Origin: an uncultured Alphaproteobacteria bacterium
Lineage (GTDB): Bacteria > Pseudomonadota > Alphaproteobacteria > HIMB59 > GCA-002718135
Assembly (NCBI GenBank): GCA_902602695.1
Contig: CACKRO010000007.1
Location: 6,127-70,126, forward strand
Direction: 5' to 3'
DNA length: 64,000 nt
Shown: one piece after another, positions 58,823-64,000 of the stretch
Numbering within the stretch: the first letter of the stretch is position 1
How the letters are laid out: every line of letters begins with the position of its first letter
Made by a program: the position numbers and the translations under genes
The notes under the pieces: generated by a model
Seen by the model: the letters and a program-made list of their open reading frames with translations, nothing else
Databases searched by the model: none
What the model was told of the DNA's origin: nothing

Positions 58823-59452
58823 ATGAAAAAGATCACTATTGTCGATTACGGCTCAGGCAATGTTTTGTCTGCACAAAAATCTTTTATTAAAATAGCAAAA
58901 GACAATGATATTGAGGTTGATGTTTTAATTTCAAAAAAACCTAATGATGTAAAAGACTCAACCCATATTGTATTACCCGGCCAAGGAGCTTTTTCCACAT
59001 GCATGAATGGTTTAAAAAAAACCGATGGTTTGATTGATGAGCTTTCTGAGTTTGCATTAATAAAAAAGAAACCATTTTTGGGCATATGTGTTGGTATGCA
59101 AATGCTAGCTAAGAAGAGTGAAGAAAATGGATTTCATGAAGGCTTAGGTTGGATAGACGGTCAAATTAAATTATTGCCAGGAGATAATTTAAAACTTCCT
59201 CATATGGGTTGGAACTTGGCAACACCAACAAATTCAAAATACAATAACTTGATTTCAAATAAAAATGACTATTATTTCGTTCACTCATATTATTTCGATT
59301 GTGCCAATAAAGACAATATTTTGGCAGAAACTAAGTACGGAACAAATTTTACTTCAATAGTTGGAAAAGAAAATATATATGGCGTGCAGTTTCATCCTGA
59401 AAAAAGTTCCTCCCAAGGATTAAACTTACTAAAAGAATTTATTGGAGTATGA
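58823..59452 (+). CDS. hisH: Imidazole glycerol phosphate synthase glutaminase subunit
   Basis: 209 aa. GICVGMQ (catalytic Cys) and QFHPEKS. Confidence 0.9.
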   Translation: MKKITIVDYGSGNVLSAQKSFIKIAKDNDIEVDVLISKKPNDVKDSTHIVLPGQGAFSTCMNGLKKTDGLIDELSEFALIKKKPFLGICVGMQMLAKKSEENGFHEGLGWIDGQIKLLPGDNLKLPHMGWNLATPTNSKYNNLISNKNDYYFVHSYYFDCANKDNILAETKYGTNFTSIVGKENIYGVQFHPEKSSSQGLNLLKEFIGV

Positions 59453-59991
59453 ACATGTCTACACAACTAAAAGAAAAAATTAATATTTCAGTTGATAATA
59501 TTGAAACACTTACAGATGTAGATTTGGCAGATCTTTGTAATATTACCGAACAAGCAATTAAAGCTGGAGGAGGTTTTGGTTGGTTAAGAGTTCCCACAAG
59601 AGATATTTTAATAGATTATTGGACTAAAAGATCTAATGATAAATATATCAAACTTATTGTTGGCAGACTTAACGGTATAATAGCTGGAACCCTTCAACTG
59701 GCGTATGAGGCTCCTAATATTGAGTCTAGGAAAAATATTGCGCGAATAAGAAGACAATTTGTTGCTCCATGGGCAAGAGGTTATGGTTTAGCTAAAACAA
59801 TGATTGACCACACTGAACAAATTGCAAAAGAAGACAATATCAAATCTTTGCAGTTAGCCGTTAGAGAAACACAAGATGCAGCAATAAAACTTTTCACTGG
59901 TAAAAATTATATTAAATGGGGAGAAAACCCATACTATGCTTACATTAATGGAAGCTTTATTAAAGGTTATTATTACTATAAAAATCTGTAG
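59449..59991 (+). CDS. GNAT family N-acetyltransferase embedded in the his operon
   Basis: 180 aa. Motif-A-like RRQFVAPWARGYGLAKTMI. Its start overlaps the hisH stop and its stop overlaps the hisA GTG. Confidence 0.7.
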   Translation: MNMSTQLKEKINISVDNIETLTDVDLADLCNITEQAIKAGGGFGWLRVPTRDILIDYWTKRSNDKYIKLIVGRLNGIIAGTLQLAYEAPNIESRKNIARIRRQFVAPWARGYGLAKTMIDHTEQIAKEDNIKSLQLAVRETQDAAIKLFTGKNYIKWGENPYYAYINGSFIKGYYYYKNL

Positions 59992-60731
59992 TGCAAATTA
60001 TTCCAGCTATTGATTTAAAAGATAATAAATGTGTTAGATTATCTAAAGGAAAAGATAGTTCTAGCATTGTTTACAATGAAGACCCAGAAAAACAAGCTAT
60101 CTACTTTGAAAAAATTGGTTGTAAAAAACTACACTTGGTTGATCTAGATGCTGCTTTTGGAAGATCATATGTTAATTTTGAAACAATAAAGAATATTAGA
60201 AAATCAATTTCAATACCAATACAATTAGGGGGCGGTGTTAGAAATTTAGATTTAGCAAAAAAATATTTTGAGGTAGGAATAAACAATTTGATTATTGGCT
60301 CAATGTCTGTTGAAAAACCAAATGAAGTCATAGTTTTATCAAATAAATATATTGATAAAGTATATATATCATTAGATATTCTTGAAGATAACATAATGAT
60401 AAAAGGGTGGGATGAAGATTCAGGAAAGAAAATACAAGATATTCTTGATATTTATACTAACTCAAAAATTAAAGGATATGTAATTACAGATATTCAAAAT
60501 GATGGAATGCTAAAAGGTTTAAATTTGGATTTTGTTAATAATTTCATAAAAAAAATAAACTTAATTAAAAAATTTAATAAAAAAATTATAATTGCAGGCG
60601 GTTTAACAGATTACTCTGATCTAATAAATTTAAAAAAGCTAAACACAAAAAATATTGAAGGAATAATTTCAGGTAAATCTTTCTATGAAGGAAAGATTGA
60701 TCTAGTAGAAGCACAAAAAATTCTAAACTAA
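59991..60731 (+). CDS. hisA: ProFAR isomerase
   Basis: 246 aa, GTG start. [15 protein letters not shown] and GGGVR motifs. Confidence 0.9.
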   Translation: MQIIPAIDLKDNKCVRLSKGKDSSSIVYNEDPEKQAIYFEKIGCKKLHLVDLDAAFGRSYVNFETIKNIRKSISIPIQLGGGVRNLDLAKKYFEVGINNLIIGSMSVEKPNEVIVLSNKYIDKVYISLDILEDNIMIKGWDEDSGKKIQDILDIYTNSKIKGYVITDIQNDGMLKGLNLDFVNNFIKKINLIKKFNKKIIIAGGLTDYSDLINLKKLNTKNIEGIISGKSFYEGKIDLVEAQKILN

Positions 60732-60732
60732 A

Positions 60733-61488
60733 ATGGTAAAAATAAGGATCATCCCATGTTTAGACGTTAAAGACGGAAGAGTTGTAAAAGGAATAAATTT
60801 TTTAAATTTAATCGATGCAGGAGATCCAGTTGAACAAGCAAAACACTATTCTGATAATGGGGCTGATGAAATATGTTTTTTAGATATTAGTGCATCATTA
60901 GAAAATAGAGATACTATGGTAAATGTAGTTGAAAAGACTGCAAATGAGGTTTTTATCCCCCTTACTGTTGGCGGTGGAATTTCATCAATAGAAAATATAC
61001 AAGCTTTACTTAAGGCTGGTGCTGACAAAATTTCTATAAATTCCGCAGCAATTAAAAATCCTAATATTATTAAAGAAGCTTCTGAGTATTTTGGGAACCA
61101 ATGCATCGTTGTGGCTGTAGATGCAAAAAAACACAATAATGATTGGTTTGTATATTCTCATGGTGGGACTAAGAAAACTGATTTACTTGCTTTAAAGTGG
61201 ATAGAAGAAGCTCAAAAACTTGGGGCTGGTGAAATTCTTCTAACATCAATGGACAAGGATGGCACAAAATCTGGTTTTGATAATGAACTTCTGAATAAAG
61301 TATCAGAATTTTTAAAGATACCAGTTATAGCTAGTGGTGGGGTTGGAACTGTAGATCATTTTTATGACGGTGTAGTTAAAGGTAAGGCCGATGCATTATT
61401 AGCAGCCTCAGTCTTTCATTTTAACGAAATTAGCATTAAAGAAGTAAAGGAATACTTAAAAGATAAAAATATAAGCATTAGAGATTAA
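60733..61488 (+). CDS. hisF: Imidazole glycerol phosphate synthase cyclase subunit
   Basis: 251 aa. [22 protein letters not shown] and ASGGVG motifs. Confidence 0.95.
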   Translation: MVKIRIIPCLDVKDGRVVKGINFLNLIDAGDPVEQAKHYSDNGADEICFLDISASLENRDTMVNVVEKTANEVFIPLTVGGGISSIENIQALLKAGADKISINSAAIKNPNIIKEASEYFGNQCIVVAVDAKKHNNDWFVYSHGGTKKTDLLALKWIEEAQKLGAGEILLTSMDKDGTKSGFDNELLNKVSEFLKIPVIASGGVGTVDHFYDGVVKGKADALLAASVFHFNEISIKEVKEYLKDKNISIRD

Positions 61489-61493
61489 ATTTT

Positions 61494-61733
61494 ATGAAAA
61501 TTGAAGACTTAAATGAAATTATAAATAATAGAGCACAAACAAGAAAAAAAAATTCGTATACTAATAAGTTATTAAAGTTAGGGCCAAAAAAAATAGCTCA
61601 AAAATTTGGAGAAGAATCTTCTGAGTTAATTATAGATTTTTTAAAGGGATCAAAAAAAAGAACAATAGAAGAAGCAGTTGATGTAATTTATCACCTTCTT
61701 GTTTTGTTAAAATCAAAAAAAAATTTCCATTAA
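61494..61733 (+). CDS. hisE: Phosphoribosyl-ATP pyrophosphatase HisE, apparently truncated by a frameshift in an A9 tract (the conserved C-terminus continues in the +1 frame to 61767)
   Basis: 79 aa. EESSELI and EAVDVIYHLLVLL motifs. After the A9 run (61715-61723) the +1 frame reads ISINEIHKELDKRK-stop, the expected HisE C-terminus. Confidence 0.8.
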   Translation: MKIEDLNEIINNRAQTRKKNSYTNKLLKLGPKKIAQKFGEESSELIIDFLKGSKKRTIEEAVDVIYHLLVLLKSKKNFH

Positions 61734-61773
61734 TGAAATTCATAAAGAGCTTGATAAAAGAAAGTAAAACAAA

Positions 61774-62124
61774 ATGTATGATGAAAACAATATATTTGCA
61801 AAAATACTAAGGAAAGAAATACCTTGTGATAAAGTTTACGAAGATGAGTTTAGCTTATTTTTTAATGATATTAACCCCCAAGCTAAAATACATGTTTTAG
61901 GTATACCAAAACTTCCTTGTACAACTTTTTCTGATTTTTTAAAAAATGCAGATAATGAAAATATCACATCTTTTTTTAAAAGTGTTCAGCTTGTAATAAA
62001 TAATATTAAAATTGAAAATACTGGTTATAGATTAATAACAAATTCTGGAGAGGATGGTGGACAAGAAGTACCACATTTTCACATTCATATTTTAGCAGGA
62101 GAAAAAATAGGAAGATTAAGGTAA
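61774..62124 (+). CDS. Histidine triad (HIT) family nucleotide hydrolase
   Basis: 116 aa. HFHIHILAG histidine triad. Confidence 0.9.
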   Translation: MYDENNIFAKILRKEIPCDKVYEDEFSLFFNDINPQAKIHVLGIPKLPCTTFSDFLKNADNENITSFFKSVQLVINNIKIENTGYRLITNSGEDGGQEVPHFHIHILAGEKIGRLR

Positions 62125-62125
62125 A

Positions 62126-62734
62126 TTATAATTTTTCTCTTATAATAACATAATTAACAATTTCACTAACACCCTTTATGTTTTTAAGAGCAGTTATCAT
62201 TTCATCTAAAAGATCTGGGCGCGCGGTGATACCTGCAATATAAATTTTTCCATTGATCGTTTCAAAATTAAATGTAATTGCTTTAATTCCTACTGTCTTA
62301 GCAGCTAAAGCTCTTGCCTGTGTATTAATCCATAAATCACTGGCATAATCTTTTAGTGTAGCTCTGTTTCCAATCTCTATTTCATTTATAATTTCTTTAA
62401 CACCTTCAACTTCCCAAACTAATCTTACAGCATCAATTCTTATTTCTTGATTATCAACAAGACCAGTTAACAAAACTCTTCCCTCTAAAACACTTGTGTT
62501 AATATTTATAAAAAGATTATTTTCTGCATTTAGGAATTTAGCTGCAATATTAACCTTAATAGTTGCATCATCTATTACAGTACCAAGAGATCTTTCTCCC
62601 TCAGCAACTACCATTGCACTACCACCACCTGTCGCAAGCACACTTGCTGGTGAACATCCGTAATTTACAGATGCAAAGATCAAAAACATTGGAATAAATA
62701 AAAATTTAATTATTTCTTTAATTTTAACAACCAT
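62126..62734 (-). CDS. Dual BON-domain lipoprotein (DolP/YraP-like)
   Basis: 202 aa. Lipobox VNYGCS. Two BON-like repeats (VLEGRVLLTGLV..., INGKIYIAGIT...). Confidence 0.75.
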   Translation of the reverse strand: MVVKIKEIIKFLFIPMFLIFASVNYGCSPASVLATGGGSAMVVAEGERSLGTVIDDATIKVNIAAKFLNAENNLFININTSVLEGRVLLTGLVDNQEIRIDAVRLVWEVEGVKEIINEIEIGNRATLKDYASDLWINTQARALAAKTVGIKAITFNFETINGKIYIAGITARPDLLDEMITALKNIKGVSEIVNYVIIREKL

Positions 62735-63552
62735 TTGTAAATTTTGTTTTTATTAATTTTTGTAAATTTATGTACTATTTCGACGATGTCGGTCAAAGAA
62801 AATTTTGTAGCCATCTTTCTCATTTCTTTACTATACAAATCAATGTTGTCAAAATCTTGATTTTTTGATGCTTGTCTATCAATGACAGTAACAAACTCTC
62901 CTTTAATATTTTCTTTATCTTCTAGGATTTTATTTTTCACACTGCTTGGATTTCCTCTAAAGACAAACTCATTTACCTTTGTAAGTTCCTTACATACTGA
63001 AATTGATCTATCACCAATAATATTTTCTAGGCAATTTAGAAAAACAATTAATTTATGGTTTGAAACAAAAAATACACAAGTCCTTTTTTCTTGAGAAATA
63101 CTCTTAACAAGATCTTCAATCTTTTTTTTAGATTTTGGAACAAAGCCAAAAAAAGCAAATTCTGATATTGGTAATCCGGATAACTGTAAACTTGATATAA
63201 TTGATGAGGGACCAGGCACAGATGTAACTCTAATATTATTTGCAATACAATATTGTACCAAATTATATCCAGGATCTGAAATAAGCGGCGACCCTGCATC
63301 AGAAATTAGAACGCAATTTTTATTTTTTAATAAACCCTTAATCTGATCTATAATTTTTTGTTCATTATAATCATGTAAGGCTATTAATTTCTTTTTAATG
63401 CCTAATTTATTTAGTAGTTTAAGAGAATGTTTAGGATTTTCACAAATAATAATATCACACTCTTTCAGTATATTAACAGCTCGATAAGTTATGTCATCTA
63501 AATTACCAATGGGTGTCGCTACAATTGAAAGACTATTAATAAATTTATTCAT
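62710..63552 (-). CDS. rsmI: 16S rRNA (cytidine1402-2'-O)-methyltransferase RsmI
   Basis: LSIVATPIGNLDDITYRAVNILKECDIIICE and SDAGSPLISDPG motifs. I chose the ATG at 63552; the 75-codon N-terminal extension in the track ORF is hydrophobic junk overlapping the divergent gene. Confidence 0.85.
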   Translation of the reverse strand: MNKFINSLSIVATPIGNLDDITYRAVNILKECDIIICENPKHSLKLLNKLGIKKKLIALHDYNEQKIIDQIKGLLKNKNCVLISDAGSPLISDPGYNLVQYCIANNIRVTSVPGPSSIISSLQLSGLPISEFAFFGFVPKSKKKIEDLVKSISQEKRTCVFFVSNHKLIVFLNCLENIIGDRSISVCKELTKVNEFVFRGNPSSVKNKILEDKENIKGEFVTVIDRQASKNQDFDNIDLYSKEMRKMATKFSLTDIVEIVHKFTKINKNKIYKWLLKLKK

Positions 63553-64000
63553 TTTGTATGTATTTATATTTTTAATATCATGTACTCCAGTAAATTTATC
63601 TAAACAAGATACTAAAAATACTGAAAACAACACTATTGATGAGAATATAGTTACTTCTAAAAATGAAAATAAAGAGATTAAGAAAATTTTGGAAAAGGAA
63701 AATAAAAACAATAAAATTTTATATGGTGTTGAGTTAGACAATACAATAATTGTTTTGTTTGCAAAAGATGATGACATAAAAATAACAAAACAATTTTTGA
63801 ATACTTTTGAGTTAGGTATCTACAACCTAGAACTAAAGAATATAAATTTACAAATAGAGTTTTTTGAAAATGACATAGAATTAAAAAATATAATAGAAAC
63901 CAATATTTCTCCCGGACGATTATTCTTGGGGCCAATACAATCAAATTATACAAAAATTTTAAACAGCTATTGTAATCGTGAAATAATATTTTTTTCTTTT
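63509..64000 (+). CDS. LpoA-like (PBP-activator / periplasmic-binding-fold) lipoprotein, 5' part only
   Basis: Own translation: MGVATIERLLINLFILYVFIFLISCTPVNLSKQD...GRLFLGPIQSNYTKILNSYCNREIIFFSF, open to the window end. It has a lipobox LISC and is divergent from rsmI, as yraM/lpoA is in E. coli. The start is uncertain (ATG 63509 or TTG 63554). Confidence 0.45.
   Translation, partial: MGVATIERLLINLFILYVFIFLISCTPVNLSKQDTKNTENNTIDENIVTSKNENKEIKKILEKENKNNKILYGVELDNTIIVLFAKDDDIKITKQFLNTFELGIYNLELKNINLQIEFFENDIELKNIIETNISPGRLFLGPIQSNYTKILNSYCNREIIFFSF

Noticed and set aside
63553-63777. 75-codon N-terminal extension of rsmI in the track ORF (62710..63777).
   Set aside because: The RsmI family begins at the LSIVATPIGN motif just after M76. 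The extension is hydrophobic, low-complexity sequence antisense to the divergent lipoprotein gene.
3248-63953. About 40 short track ORFs (60-118 aa) lying antisense or out of frame inside well-supported genes. Examples: 3248..3433, 4252..4608, 5010..5204, 5682..5924, 10691..10879, 12717..12899, 12986..13210, 15786..15989, 15896..16081, 16148..16342, 17647..17847, 25507..25692, 27242..27424, 27595..27813, 30050..30256, 32354..32623, 35233..35427, 37982..38197, 38638..38865, 43388..43693, 44406..44615, 44994..45233, 45921..46148, 46266..46514, 47593..47898, 48733..48927, 49667..49867, 50197..50436, 51597..51785, 52344..52568, 55276..55479, 57116..57325, 58417..58704, 58846..59085, 60101..60394, 60846..61136, 62882..63094, 63048..63299, 63678..63953.
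   Set aside because: Each is wholly or largely embedded in a longer ORF that carries unambiguous family motifs. Their translations are low-complexity Phe/Ile/Leu/Ser/Lys-rich strings typical of non-coding frames in AT-rich DNA, and none has an independent start context.
1-64000. I searched by eye for CRISPR arrays, IS elements or transposases, rRNA operons, toxin-antitoxin pairs and recognisable defence systems.
   Set aside because: I found no regularly spaced direct repeats, no terminal inverted repeats flanking a transposase-like ORF, no rRNA-like GC-rich blocks and no ORFs with nuclease, ATPase or defence-type motifs outside the housekeeping genes listed.

Overview
This window is a very AT-rich, extremely gene-dense alphaproteobacterial chromosome segment. 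Genes abut or overlap by 1-23 nt. Gene content, synteny and compaction look like SAR11/Pelagibacterales; that assignment is inference from sequence style, with no database search. I support about 70 protein genes, one tRNA-Gly(GCC) and two clear intrinsic terminators. I found no rRNA, CRISPR array, IS element or prophage.

Most of the window is conserved housekeeping synteny:
- rsmB / heparinase-like gene / purH
- leuS-lptE-holA
- parB-parA-rsmG-mnmG-mnmE-rho, diverging from maf-aroE-coaE-dnaQ-tim44-like-lysozyme-smr
- hslVU
- hisBH-(GNAT)-AFE
- the crtI-crtB-crtY-blh retinal operon

The regions worth a second look:
1. A small accessory islet lies between purH and tRNA-Gly. An unlisted 30-codon ORF with a GDYPD motif and a GC-enriched hairpin-rich leader sit directly upstream of a sulfotransferase-GT8 operon. 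A 2OG-Fe(II) oxygenase converges on that operon.
2. Two tandem TPR + GT9-like proteins sit next to a GT8-like gene.
3. A fused double-PAP2 / ArnT-like / DUF3108-like operon suggests lipid A remodelling.
4. Two biosynthetic genes (purH, hisE) are each interrupted by one extra A in a poly-A tract.
5. The 421-nt rho/maf spacer is a synteny-based oriC candidate.
6. A signal-less T4-type lysozyme occupies a core-gene slot.
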